Shown here piece by piece: positions 11,396 through 23,139 of a stretch of 64,000 nucleotides of DNA (the stretch's first letter is position 1; every line of letters starts with the position of its first letter). A model generated the notes under the pieces. It had not been told where the DNA came from and made no database searches. It saw nothing but the letters and a program-made list of their open reading frames with translations. Both the position numbers and the translations under genes were made by a program. This DNA is from Anthoceros angustus (Eukaryota; Plantae; Anthocerotophyta), in contig VJWM01000151.1 of NCBI GenBank assembly GCA_010909165.1, forward strand, positions 372,001-436,000, read 5' to 3'.

Positions 11396-11840
11396 TCTTG
11401 ATGACGAGACGAGACGAGACTAGACGAGACCTCTGTGCTCCAGTAGGATCTGCAATTCTCAATGGATGCTGATGGTCAGTGATATCATTTGTGACATGCG
11501 GGTACTGAGACACATTCAAAGAAAGAAAGCAGCAGAAATGACGTACGATGGCTTGTGATCGCAGGCGGATGTAAGGTAAGCGACCAATGAAGGACAAGGG
11601 ATTATATAGCCTCCCGTGGACTTGCCGTGATCTAATCGGACTTCACTTGTTCATAATCAAAACATCGTTGGCAGGCAAGTTTAGTACAAACATCGTTGTC
11701 CGTGCCTGTCAGGGTTATTAGTCATTCGTATTACACTGGCATGCTAAACAGCGTGCCCTGCTCGCAAGTTGCGTGAATCCGAGACATAGCAGTCTCGGAA
11801 AAATAAGCATTCACAACACAACAGTCGTGGGCGACTATGG

Positions 11841-11913
11841 CGACCGCACTGGGGATCGAAACCAGAGTTTCTGGTTTCGTAGACCAGCGCCTTATCCATA
11901 GGGCCATGCGCCC
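11841..11913 (-). tRNA. tRNA-Arg(ACG)-like copy, probably a pseudogene or retrocopy
   Basis: GGGCGCATGGCCCTATGGATAAGGCGCTGGTCTACGAAACCAGAAACTCTGGTTTCGATCCCCAGTGCGGTCG. The anticodon arm CTGGT-CTACGAA-ACCAG is intact. There is a G-G mismatch in the acceptor stem, T at position 14 and T at position 53. CCA follows directly (11840-11838). Confidence 0.8.
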
Positions 11914-12429
11914 GGGGAGATAAATCGGTAATAAACTAGTAAAATAGGTCTAATTATAGCCTTCTCTCGCCTGCACATCCACATACATACAGTAATACAT
12001 GTAACCAAACCAGTTCAGTAGCCTTCTTTTCATCATCATCACGCCGGAAGCTGCGTTAACAGTATTGCTGATGGGACACAAGAAAGCTACACATGTGCTT
12101 TGCAATCGTCCTTCCCTGTGCTGAAAATGAACGACCAATTCACGGGTCCTTGTGGGACGAGAAGTGAGGAATTCCACCCGTTTGGTTCTTTTATCCGTTA
12201 CTTGTACCGTGAAATCTCGAATTTTGTCCTGCACATCAAGATGCGCAGCAGCCATGAAGAAAGTTGTTCACTTGGGGCAGATTTGCTATCTTGCCTTAGA
12301 CGATTAGCATGAGGTACTGAAGAAAGAAAAGCAATCGGTAGGTAGCTCAAGCAACTAACATTCTTCACCTAGTTAGGTCTCCCCACTTTCCACTTGCACC
12401 GGAACAAGGGATGAAAGCTGAGGGAAATG

Positions 12430-12650
12430 GAACATTCCTGATGCCCATGTCCTTTTGGCTGGGAGGCGAAGGCCAAACTGTCCTAAAGTCCAAAGGACAG
12501 CAGACAGTGACCATCTAGCTTCTCGACACTGCTCATGTCGGAAGTCAGGAGAAAGGGAGCTCTTCCCTTGTTGCCGGAGAACTGCAGCTCGCCCTACTGG
12601 GCACCAATCAGAACTGTTCCAGAAAAGCTGCCACCCTCAGCTACTAGGTT
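12430..12650 (-). pseudogene. Orphan, degenerate copy of the PLS-PPR N-terminal cassette (no PPR repeats follow)
   Basis: Translates GWQLFWNS...RQQGKSSLSPDFRH...AVLW versus GLLFFRDP...RRRKKSSRSPDFRH..QVLW in the 34922-39097 PPR. Exact DNA blocks CGGAAGTCAGGAGA (12539 and 38778) and TCCAAAGGAC (12489 and 38749) are separated by a frame-preserving 21-bp indel. Confidence 0.55.
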
Positions 12651-13067
12651 CTTTAGGCTGCAATTGCAGCACCACGGGGAAAAAGCCGATGAACCTCGAC
12701 TTCACAGGCACAACAGTATAGCAGAATCAAAACCACCACCAGGCATGCCCCGGGCATGAGCGAACCCGACACGGTGCTAGTTTGGAGGACCATCTTGAAT
12801 CTGAACAGAGGCGCTGATGAGGTGATGCCATGTCCGGAAGCTTCTCCCACTTTCACCAAGCCTGCAGGAAGGTTGATTGCCAAGTAGCTTGCACATCCAG
12901 GATTCACTTCGACGCATGAAGGGGGAAGTAATTCATGACAACACGTGGGCAGGCCCCAAAAGTGCCATAGCTGGTGCAGTGGTTACGGCAACCATCCCCG
13001 GACAGTAGAGTGTCTCCAAATCTTGGCATGAACAGACTTTGGGAGCTTCGATAGTGGTAGATGGGTG

Positions 13068-14780
13068 CTACAGCCTCCCTGACCTCTGGGCAATCAATTG
13101 GGATAGCTGGAGGATGGCTAGAGAGTACAAAGAGGAGGGGTTGTACCTCATGATGGTCCGGAAGTTGTCACACACCAAATATGCGACACCAGTGGGGCCA
13201 TCCGGCGCCACCAGACTCACCATGTCATCCTGAAGCAACTCTGGCTCCCCTTCAGCCTTGGAAATGCTATACTTCCGCTTCCACTCCCTCACAGGCTTCT
13301 TCACATTCAGCCCTAACACGGCCTTGTCTATCTTCTTGGGAACCACAACCTTCTGTGCAATAGGAGCCCCTTCCTTCCACCCATGCTGCGAGAGAAAATT
13401 AGCCATGGATGCAAAGACATCAGCTCGGGACTCCCAAATATCCTTCCTCCCATCCCCATCATAATCCACAGCGTACTTGAGAAAACTAGCAGGCATGAAC
13501 TGGCACTGCCCCATAGCCCCGGCCCAAGACCCCACCAGCCTCTTCCCTCCAGGCGGCCCATGCCCCTGATGCATGATAAGCAGAGCATCTATCACCTGCT
13601 GCCGAAAATAAGCAGCCCGCCTGGGATCCTTCTCCCCCTTGTACGCCATGGTAACAAGAGCCTGAATCACATCCCAGCTCCCCGGAAACCCACCGTAGCT
13701 ACTCTCCACCCCCCAGATCGCCGCCAGCACAGGCGCAGGAACACCATAAGTCGAAGCCACCTGCTGCAGCAGCTCCTCGTTCTCCAAAAAAGACGTCACT
13801 CCCTTGGCAACCCTGTACTCATTCACCATCCGCCCGAGATACTCCTGCGCTGTGAGCTTCACTTCCGGCTGATTCTCCTTCAAGAAGAGGATCTTCCGCG
13901 ACACCGTCACCCCGTCCAGCGCCGACTCCAAAATCTTCCTACTCACCCCCAGCTTGGCAGCATCATCCTTCACCCCCTCCAACCAAACTCCAAACGCCTC
14001 GTCCTCCTCCACCTCCTGCTCCTTTTGTTGGGCGCCCACAAAAACCGAGACCCGGTTCCGCACGACGCTGCCTGCCACAGGGTCGCCCACCACAAGCATG
14101 GAGTAGGCCGGGGGCACGTCCGCAGCCTCCCGGGCCGCCCCGTGCACGAAGAAAGCGGACGAACAGGCCGCGGGGACCGGCATTATGGCCGAGGCAGCAT
14201 CCCGCCCATCACCCGCCAGAACCGCATTGCGGGAAGCGGAATTCGCGACTCCGGCGAGCGCAGCATCGCTGAGCCGGGCGGAAGCGCGCCCCTTAAGCAG
14301 CAGGCAGGACAGGAGGAGGATGGCGACTCCTACTCCTACTCCCACTCCCACTCCCACTCCCGCTGCCGCTCCCGTTGCTGCGCTCTGCTTCACTTTGCTC
14401 AAAAGGCCAGACAGCGCTTCCTGCCTGGACCGGGACGGAAACGGGGCCGGGGACGGAGAGGAAGTTGCGCACGCCTGAGGCCTCGGGGCTTTCCAGCAGA
14501 AATGCAGCCCGGATGGTCCACCACCCCAGCCGCCAGGGCGGTGCAGGCGCGTGAGACGAAGGCGCGCGCGAGAGATTGCGCGGAAATGCAGTGGCACGGA
14601 GGGCTCCCAGCAGCAGCGTGAAGAGAGGAGCGCGAAGCCTGTGCAGGCGGCCATGGCCGCGTGCACACAGTTGCTCCCCGCCATGCATTCAACCATGCAA
14701 CTGGCTGCCAAGGAAACGCTTACTAAATCATAATAAAACACAACGCAAACAGTGTATGTAAGGTAAAAAGGGTGCTCCAA
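13068..14780 (-). CDS. Lytic murein transglycosylase, MltB/Slt35 (family 3)-like, with a long N-terminal extension (putative plastid transit peptide plus membrane anchor)
   Basis: Catalytic motif AIWGVESSYG, GSWAGAMGQCQFMPASF, EF-hand-like DYDGDGRKDIW, ASMANFL..HGWKEG and NFRTIMRYNPSSLYSL. Intronless. The real start is probably ATG 14684 or 14654 (MAACTGFALLSS..., rich in Ser/Ala/Arg). Confidence 0.92.
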   Translation of the reverse strand: MEHPFYLTYTVCVVFYYDLVSVSLAASCMVECMAGSNCVHAAMAACTGFALLSSRCCWEPSVPLHFRAISRARLRLTRLHRPGGWGGGPSGLHFCWKAPRPQACATSSPSPAPFPSRSRQEALSGLLSKVKQSAATGAAAGVGVGVGVGVGVAILLLSCLLLKGRASARLSDAALAGVANSASRNAVLAGDGRDAASAIMPVPAACSSAFFVHGAAREAADVPPAYSMLVVGDPVAGSVVRNRVSVFVGAQQKEQEVEEDEAFGVWLEGVKDDAAKLGVSRKILESALDGVTVSRKILFLKENQPEVKLTAQEYLGRMVNEYRVAKGVTSFLENEELLQQVASTYGVPAPVLAAIWGVESSYGGFPGSWDVIQALVTMAYKGEKDPRRAAYFRQQVIDALLIMHQGHGPPGGKRLVGSWAGAMGQCQFMPASFLKYAVDYDGDGRKDIWESRADVFASMANFLSQHGWKEGAPIAQKVVVPKKIDKAVLGLNVKKPVREWKRKYSISKAEGEPELLQDDMVSLVAPDGPTGVAYLVCDNFRTIMRYNPSSLYSLAILQLSQLIAQRSGRL

Positions 14781-15436
14781 GCACGCATTACCAACCCGAT
14801 GTGCAATGCCGCTACGCTACGCTACACCAGCCGTTCGCTACCTAAAATTCTAAAATTTAATTTTAGGATGGACTACCATAGGATAAGATTTGTTTATCAA
14901 TCAACCTCCGGGAAAAAATATGAGCTATATATATCTCGTATTCTTCATTGGTGACCTAATATCTTATTATTTATAATATATAATATATTTTATCGAATAA
15001 AAATATATATTATTTTAATATAGTATAGTTTTGTAAAATAATATGTATAATATTTATTTTATTTTATTTATACATAATAAAGTTCAAATTATTATTTATT
15101 TGAGATAACCTTACTCTAAAAACCAGTCCTTATACCAAAACTCATACACTCTTTCCACAAACGGTCCTATCCTCTTTCAATGGCATACTCGTAAATACTG
15201 CAACAGAATAAAGAAAGTGTTGATTATAGGAGATTCATAGTCATACTCCTAATATCGCTACCAAGGCTTTAAGTATGTGAACCTTTGGTGTTATAAATAA
15301 TTTAATTAATACAAATAATTTCTAATTTTATAAATTCAATAACACTGAACTTGTGTTTAGGTAGAACTCCTGTGGGTCATCCATGTCCTCTAGGCTAGCC
15401 ATAGCGATTTTTGGTCTATGCCATCGTGCACCTATC

Positions 15437-15808
15437 TGTCACAACAGGTGACCAGCTTGGATCCAGACAGACTCGGGACACGAAGCCGCCACACCGCATA
15501 GGAACCCGGCTAGGTATTTAGAAAACGGGTACCCACTCAAACCTCGTTCCGAACGGTACGTCAAGAACCAACGGAATGGGATCCGTAATAATGCGTATAT
15601 GTATAATTAGGTAAATACGTAAATAGGAAATTAGACGGTGTAGAAACGTGTAAAGAACCTCATAACCGTAGCCACCGTCCGTTACCATAAGGGTTGTTGG
15701 CCTGAACGCAGCCAAGCCCTTATGTACCCACAAATCGTGAAAGAAGACAGCCATTCCTAGACTCAGCTTCCAACCTCCCGGAGCCGACCAAGCCCGTGGA
15801 GTGTTGCA
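15437..15808 (+). repeat. 5' LTR of the Gypsy element (372 bp)
   Basis: TG...CA termini, followed by the PBS, and matches 22644-23004. Confidence 0.95.
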
Positions 15809-17180
15809 TTTGGTATCAGAGCCCTCGATCCTGTAAGCAGCCAGATCCTGCTGTCGGAATCCTTGTGGTGCGGCCAAACATGAGTGACCACGTCTCACCA
15901 CGCATGATGGAGAGACGGATCTCTAGCGGCAGCGAAGACAAATTGCTGCTAGAGGGAATCGGCGATAGGGTGCACCAGAGAGGTAGGCAAGCACCCACCT
16001 CAGCTAATCATGGAAGGTGCCGGATTGCGAGATCCACAGGGGACGTGCTGCAGAGGAAACCGGCGCAAGTGAGAGCAGCGGTGGCTCAGCAGCGTTAATC
16101 CCAAGTAGAGGTGCGCACGATTACGAGAAGCTCGGCGACCGGATGCGCCTGGGCGGCAGAGTACACCACCGAGCCAATCCCACGCCCGGGCGAGGCGCAA
16201 GGAAGAAAATCGGCTCCACGCTGGGTGGAGCCGGGTCTTCAACGCCCATGAAATCATCGCAATGGAGACACAACGCATCACACTGCTAGAGGCCCTCCGG
16301 TGCGGCTTGAAGAACGCACCAACAGTGGAGGAGGCGGGTCTTTCGCAACGCCCAGGAAATCATCGCAATGGAGACACAAACGCATCACACCTGCTAGAGG
16401 CCCTCCGGTGCCAGCTTGAAGAACGCACCGCAAACTTGGAGAGGACTTGCGAGGGCGTGTCCAAGACATTAGTCTCACAGGGACACCGGATGCAAAGCGT
16501 GGAGCGAGCCTTTGGATCAGTAGAGACTCGTTGGGAAGAGGCCAAACAAATGCGAGCGATGGAGTGGTGTGCTACAAGCCTTAGAAGCGATCCACCAAGC
16601 CCGGCCCCACACCCGGCAGCGAATTTCGACACCTCTTGCCCGGATCCGGCGGTGTTGGCGTCTGGCCGGTCTGCCCGCCAACACACGATACGGTCACCCC
16701 TCAGACCCTCGCCAAGCCCGCCCCACGCCGCTGCAATTTCGACACCTCTTGCCCGGATCCGGCGGTGTTGGCGTCTGGCCGGGTCGCCCGCCAACACACG
16801 ATACGGTCACCCCTACGCAGACCCACAACGCCAATCAACGGAGTATGGAGGCGGCGTCCACGGAACCCACGGGACCAGCCGCGGAGCCGCGAGCTACTGC
16901 GGTGGTGGTGGAACTCTTACAGGGAATGCGAAAACAAGGATATCAAGGCCCCGGTCCGACGCCTACAGCTCCTCGGATCACACGGAAGCACAGAAGGGTA
17001 GGCATACCAGGAGCAAATCGAGTCGCAGTGCATTTAAGCCATCTTGAGACCATGAGCCGCGCGACAAGGCTGCAGCGGAAGATCATGACAACCACATCCA
17101 ATGGGAATGAGAAGGATGCCCAGGCAGTACACGATTGGCTAGATAAACTGGACAAGTACCTGAATGCGACAGAAGGACGA

Positions 17181-18425
17181 TCGTGAAAGAAGAGACCCAT
17201 TCCTAGACTCAGCTTCCAACCTCCCGGAGCCGACCAAGCCCGTGGAGTGTTGCATTTGGCATCGAGCCCTCGATCCGTACAGAAGATCCTGCAGGAATCC
17301 TTGCGGCCAAACATGAGTGACCACGTCTCACCACGCATGCTGGAGAGACGGATCTCTAGCGGCAGCGAAGACAAATTGCTGCTAGAGGGAATCGGCGATA
17401 GGGTGCACCAGAGAGGTAGGCAAGCACCCACCTCAGCTAATCATGGAAGGCTGACCGGATTGCAGATCCTGGGACCGGTGCCTGCAGAGGAAACCGAGGC
17501 GCAAGTGAGGAGACGCCAGAAATTGGCTCAACGGCGTTAATCCCAAGTAGAGGTAGCTGCACGATTACCTGAGAAGCTCAGCGACCCGGATGCGCCCGTC
17601 GGAACGGGAGAGTACACCACCGAGCCAATCCCACGCCGGCGAGGCAGGCCAAGGAAGAAAATCGGCTCCACGCACCAACAGGTGGAGGAGCCGGGTCTTT
17701 CGCAACGCCCAGGAAATCATCGCAATGGAGACACAAACGCATCACACCTGCTAGAGGCCCTCCGGTGCCAGCTTGAAGAACGCACCGCAAACTTGGAGAG
17801 GACTTGCGAGGGCGTGTCCAAGACATTAGTCTCACAGGGACACCGGATGCAAACTGTGGAACAGGCACTGGATCGAGTAGAGACTCGTTGGGAAGAGGGC
17901 CAAACACGTCTGGAACGATAGCTGAGTGGTGTGCTACAAGCCTTAGAGCAGTCCCTGCCAAGCCCCGGCCCCACACCAGCGCCAGACAATTTCGACACCT
18001 CTTGCCCGGATCCGGCAGTGTTGGCGTCTGGCCGGTCTGGCCCGCCAACACACGATACGGTCACCCCTACGCAGACCCACAACGCCAATCAACGGAGTAC
18101 GGAGAAGACGACGTCCACGGAACCCACGGGATGACGAGCACGCAGAGGAAATCGCGTACCGGTGGTGGAACTCTTACCTGGGGAATGCGAAAACAAGGAT
18201 ATCAAGGCCCTTGTCTGACGCCTACAGCCTCGACACGAACATCGGAAGCATGGAAGGGTAGGCATACCAGGAGCAAATCGAGTCGCAGTGCATTTAAGCC
18301 ATCTTGCACGACAAGGAACCGCAGAAGATCATGACAACCACATCCAATGGGAATGAGAAGGATGCCCAGGCAGTACACGATTGGCTAGATAAACTGGACA
18401 AGTACCTGAATGCGACAGAGAAGGA
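17181..18425 (+). repeat. Internal tandem duplication of LTR 3' end + PBS + 5' gag (second copy of about 15735-17180)
   Basis: At 17181 the gag sequence (…GAAGGACGATC) switches back to the LTR segment TCGTGAAAGAAG…GTGTTGCA (ending 17254) and a degenerate PBS TGGCATCGAGC, and the leader and gag are then repeated. Confidence 0.9.
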
Positions 18426-19500
18426 CGATCAGCAGAAAATCCAATTCTGCGTGATGTCTCTGGAGGGTTATGCCTACAGGTGGTGGAGGCAAAGGGAGAA
18501 GCAAGTGGAACTAGGAATGGAGATGCCAATCTACACTTGGCCCTCCTTCCGTCAGACATTCCTCGAACACTTCTTGCCTATTAACCATCAGAGAAAACTC
18601 TACAATCAATTCTGGAAAATACAACAACAAGGTACGGTTCAGGAATATTGCCACAAGTTTCTGCAGCTTACCTTGGATATGCCCCGCTTGGACGAAGAAC
18701 AGAAGATCGAACGATTCATCGATGGGTTGAAGTACGACTTACGTGCCGACGTGAACCAGACTGCTCCCGGCACGCTAGTTGATGCCATGAAGACGGCGAT
18801 CAACTACGGCTGCAACAAGTACAAGCATCTCAACACCGCTTACCCAAACAAGCCTAGGTGGGGTCAATCAGTGAGTGTAGCAGAGAAGAGACCCGTTTTC
18901 AAGATCCTAACAGAAGAGGACAAAAAGAAATATCATGAGAAACATATGTGCTTCACATGCGCCTCTACTGAACACGGATCCAGATGCTGCCCCCATCGAA
19001 AGGAGTTCATCATCTGGCTAAAGGAAACAGGTCAGACCACACGTACCCCTCTTGGTTCGGGCTCTAACGTCAAGAGTGGCCATTCGGTGAAGACGGAGGA
19101 AGTGGTTTTAGAAACCCGGAAAATGGTTGCGTCTTCAAGCAAATTGTGCCATGGTTGTAGTGGGTTTGCAGGCTGCAACCTGGATCATGTGCCAATCAAG
19201 TTGTTAGTAGGTCTCAATGGTGTGGGTACCAGAGTGCTGTTAGACTCGAGCCACCATTATATCTCTCGGCGGCGGCGAGCGGGTTGCATATCAGGAACAG
19301 GACACATGTCTACAATTGTCGCGGACATTCAACGGCATGACCTTTGGTGAAGAAACATGTCTTGAGGCAAGAGTTACCTTCCCAGGTGGCTATGCTGAAG
19401 TGCTGCAGTTCACTGTGATGCCGACGCTCTGCCATGACCTGATAATCGGCAAACCCTGGCTCGCCAAACACTCCAACAAGTTGGAGATAGATTGGACACG
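18304..19500 (+). CDS. Gypsy gag (capsid plus CCHC knuckle) and aspartic protease, frameshifted
   Basis: WLDKLDKYL…AYRWWRQ…FLEHFLP…QQGTVQEYCHKF…ERFIDGLK, zinc knuckle CFTCASTEHGSRCCP, protease VLLDSS, and HDLIIGKPWL. Confidence 0.9.
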
Positions 19501-19899
19501 AAACATAGTTAGATTGAGCCTAGAACAGCAACAACATGTAATGAAGGGAGACAAAGATGTCCCCGACAAACACTCCAACAAGTTGGAGATAGATTGGGCA
19601 CGAAACATAGTTAGGTTGAGCTAGAACAGCAACAACATGTAATGAAGGGAGACAAAGATGTCCCCGACAAACACTTGTTTGCAGTGTCAGCTCTAACTAA
19701 AGCCACTGCCCAGGGCAGATTTCTGTATGTGGCGAAGCTCAAGAAAGTCCTGCCCTTAGAGGGCACAGCAGAGTCTAGGGCAGCACAAGCGGAGAAGGAT
19801 GAAGCAGCCTTACCCCAAGAGATGAAGGACCTGCTTAGTGAGTTCCTGAACATCTTCGAGCCGCCCTCATAAGCACGCGCAATTGACCATGCCATCGAA

Positions 19900-22640
19900 T
19901 ACGGGTCACAAACCAGTATCCCATACATATAGAGCATCGGCCGAGCGAAGAGATAAAGCGGCAGGTGGATGAATTCTTACAGCGATTCGTCCAGGCCTTG
20001 TATCTCCCTTTGGTGCTCCCGTGCTACTAGTTGGAAAACCGGATGGAGGATGGAGGCTGGGCATCGACTACCGAGGCCTGAACAGAGCCACAATTAGGAA
20101 TGTCTATCAGATGCCATGGATAGATGAAATCCTGGACCTATTACATAGGGCCAAGTACTTTACCAAGGTGGATCTATGCTCTAGCTTCCATCAGATTCGG
20201 ATCCGGGAAGGTGACGAATACAAAACCGCGTTCCAGACTAGGCATGGACACTTCAAGATCATAGTAATGCCCTTTGGTCTTACCTTTTGCACTGCCACTT
20301 TACCTGTCAGAGATATTACGTCCCCTGCTAGGGCATGGCATTGAGGTCTTCCTCGACGACATCCTGATCTACACAGCAACGCCACAACAGCATTGTGAAC
20401 TCGTGAGGAGAGTATTTAACCTTCTGCGAAAACATAAGCTGCTAGCAAAACGAAGTAAGTGTGTATTCATGAAGGAGGAGTGCGAATACCGGGTCACCTT
20501 ATCGACCTCGGGAATCAAAGTGGATACTCGCATAAAATCAAAGCAATCTCCGAATGGACACCTAGGACATCTGCACAGTGCGTGGTTTCCTTGGCATGGG
20601 GTTCTCTGAGATTTATCAAGGACTTTAGCAAGATCGTTCCCTTGGTGATGCCCTTGGCATGCAAGCAAGGAGCTTGACTAGTGAGATCTTGAACAAGCAT
20701 TCCTCACTCTTAAACAAGCTCTCAGTTCAGCATCCATCCTGGCAGTTGTGGACCCCAAATCACCTTACACAGTGCACAGCGCCTCCGACTTTGCTATTGG
20801 AGCCGTTCTCTCTCGAATGGCAAAGCCATTGCTTATGAATCCGAAGCTACGGTGCCCGGTGCAGCGATACATGATAAGGAGATGCTCGCTAGTACATACA
20901 TGCAATGAAAACATGGCGACATTATTTATGGCGAAGTTCATATGCCACCGATCATCACTCATTCTGACACTTTTGTCGATTCCTTGAATGCCGACAGCGT
21001 CGGTGGTGAATATTTGGCGATTTCAACTTTGAAATCAAATGCGTTCTGAGCCTACCAATGTGGTGGCGGGGCGCCCTCGGTAAAAAAAGCTCTCATGACT
21101 ACCCACTTGGACACCATACGTCAGGTCAGGGAGTCCCTCCCAATGGACCCTGCATTATGGGCGACATACCAGCAATTATTGACAGATGCTCAGACAAGTG
21201 TACCCACTAGCCTCATGCAAGAATACACCATCAAGGATGCGTGTTTGTACAGGAAGGGACGCCTGGTCATACCTCAGCAGCTGCCGGATGTGAGGAGAGC
21301 TATTCTCCACGATCTACACGACAGCCCCATCTCTGGACATCTCGGCATAGACAAGACATATGCACGGGTGAAAGAGCATTTCTATTGGGATGGCCTCCGA
21401 GCTGATACCATCGATTGGGTCCACTCCTGCACATCTTGCCTGCAAGCAAAAACCGAGAATCAGAAACAACCCGGCTTGTTATTACCCCTGCAGATACCAG
21501 CAGGCAGGGTCCAGTCCATTTCAATGGACTTTATCACGCATCTACCCCGAACTCAATCCGGCAAGGATAGTATATGGGTGGTCATGGACCGTTTGTCCAA
21601 GACATGTCACCTCATCCGACTCTGACCACGGTTTGACAAAGCGGCCCAATTGTTCATCGAGGGAGATTTTCGTCTACGGAACCCCGAGACGATATTGTGT
21701 CCAAGCGACAAGCAGTTCACTTGAGTTTTGGAGGACTTTCACCGAAATGTTGGGTATACAACAAAACCTCTCCTCTTCATGCCACCCTGAGTCAGATGGA
21801 CAAACGGAAAAACACAATCAGGTCCTAGAAGACATGTTACGACACTTCACTCACGAGAAGCAAGGACAGTGGGAACCGATGTTGCCATTATTGGAATATC
21901 GTACAATACCTCTCATCACTTTGCCGCGTTGCTCCTACAAACTTCTCTCGGTGAGTGTCCGCCTCCACCTGGTTTGTGGCCCTCCGCACAAAGACAATGG
22001 CAGGGTGCAGCTGAACTGGCGGAAGACATCTTCCACGAGATTCAACAAAGCGTGAAACTCGGCTGCCCAGATCGCTCTGACCGTCGGCTAACAAACATCG
22101 GCCGGGACGTCACCTGGCGATGGACAGCTAGTATGGCTCCGAATGAAACCACACCGATACCCATCACTAGTCCAACAGAAGAACAAGCTCTCCTACCGAT
22201 TCGCCGGCCCATTTCGTATCTCCCGACAAGTGAACCCGATGGCCTTCCAGCTTGAACTACCAGCACATTGGCGGATATGCTGCACTTTCCATGTCTCCAT
22301 GTTGAAGCCGGTGGTTGAGCATTCGCCTCACCTCAAGCCACCATCCGATTGGATGCAGGTACCTCATGACCCTGCACCCCACCTTTCTGACACCTCTCCT
22401 CAGGCCCCGGAGGCGGCTCCCAACCCAATAGCCAGTGAGGTGAGCTTTCGGCACACAGACGGCAGAATATTCTGACACTTGCGAGGAGCTCCGCACCCGT
22501 ACCATCACCGATTACCTGGTAGGATGGAGCGGCGAACCAGATGACCTCGCATCCTGGGAAACCGCCGAGTGGTGCCAACGCTTCCCTCACCTCCACGCAA
22601 CCCTCAATGGTCAGGAGGACCAGACCATGCTTAGTGGGGA
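19900..22640 (+). pseudogene. Gypsy pol: RT, RNase H, integrase and C-terminal chromodomain, with many frameshifts
   Basis: RT: [36 protein letters not shown]. RNase H: ASDFAIGAVL. Integrase: HDSPISGHLGIDKT…CTSCLQAK, SISMDFITHLP, HPESDGQTE. Chromodomain: TITDYLVGWSGEPDDLASWETAEWCQRFPHL (about 22500-22590). Confidence 0.92.
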
Positions 22641-22643
22641 GAA

Positions 22644-23004
22644 TGTCACAACAGGTGACCAGCTTGGATCCAGACAGACTCGGGACACGAAGCCGCCACC
22701 GCTGCGAGGAACGGCTAGGTATTGAGCGGGTACCACTCAAACCTCGTTCGAGCAGTGCGTCAAGAACCAGCGGGACGGGATCGGTAATAGCAGCGTATAT
22801 GTATAATTAGGTAAATACGTAAATAGAAATTGAGCGGTGTAGAAGCGTAAAGAACCTCATAATAGTATGCGGTCAGATTACCACAAGGGTTCTTGGCCTG
22901 AACGCAGCCAATCCCTTATGTACCCACAAATCGTGAAAGAAGACAGCCATTCCTAGACTCAGCTTCCAACCTCCCGGAGCCGACCAAGCCCGTGGAGTGT
23001 TGCA
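22644..23004 (+). repeat. 3' LTR of the Gypsy element (361 bp)
   Basis: Preceded by the PPT and followed by TSD CTATC. Confidence 0.95.
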
Positions 23005-23139
23005 CTATCCATTCATTTAAGGTCACCACCAATACTACTTTCCAGCATCCAAGGAATGTTTGTTTGAAGTTTCTTGTTTGCATTGCATGAATATAATTTC
23101 AAGAATATACCTCCCTGCCCAACTTCATCTATATGTTAG

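Larger units (their letters stand above)
15437..23004 (+). mobile_element. Full-length Ty3/Gypsy chromovirus LTR retrotransposon with 5-bp TSD CTATC
   Basis: LTRs TGTCACAAC...GTGTTGCA at 15437-15808 and 22644-23004, with CTATC at 15432-15436 and 23005-23009. tRNA-iMet PBS TGGTATCAGAGC at 15811, PPT AGTGGGGAGAA before 22644, and gene order gag-PR-RT-RH-INT-chromodomain. Confidence 0.96.

Noticed and set aside
13383-14621. 412-aa plus-strand ORF
   Set aside because: Antisense shadow of the GC-rich MltB gene with no recognisable motifs.
13068-14780. Bacterial contamination or chimeric contig suggested by the MltB gene
   Set aside because: It has a long eukaryotic-style N-terminal extension, no operon context, continuous plant flanks, and known bryophyte plastid peptidoglycan genes explain it.
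23002-23009. CACTA terminus at the right end of the Gypsy element
   Set aside because: CACTA here is formed by chance from the LTR terminal CA plus the TSD CTATC.
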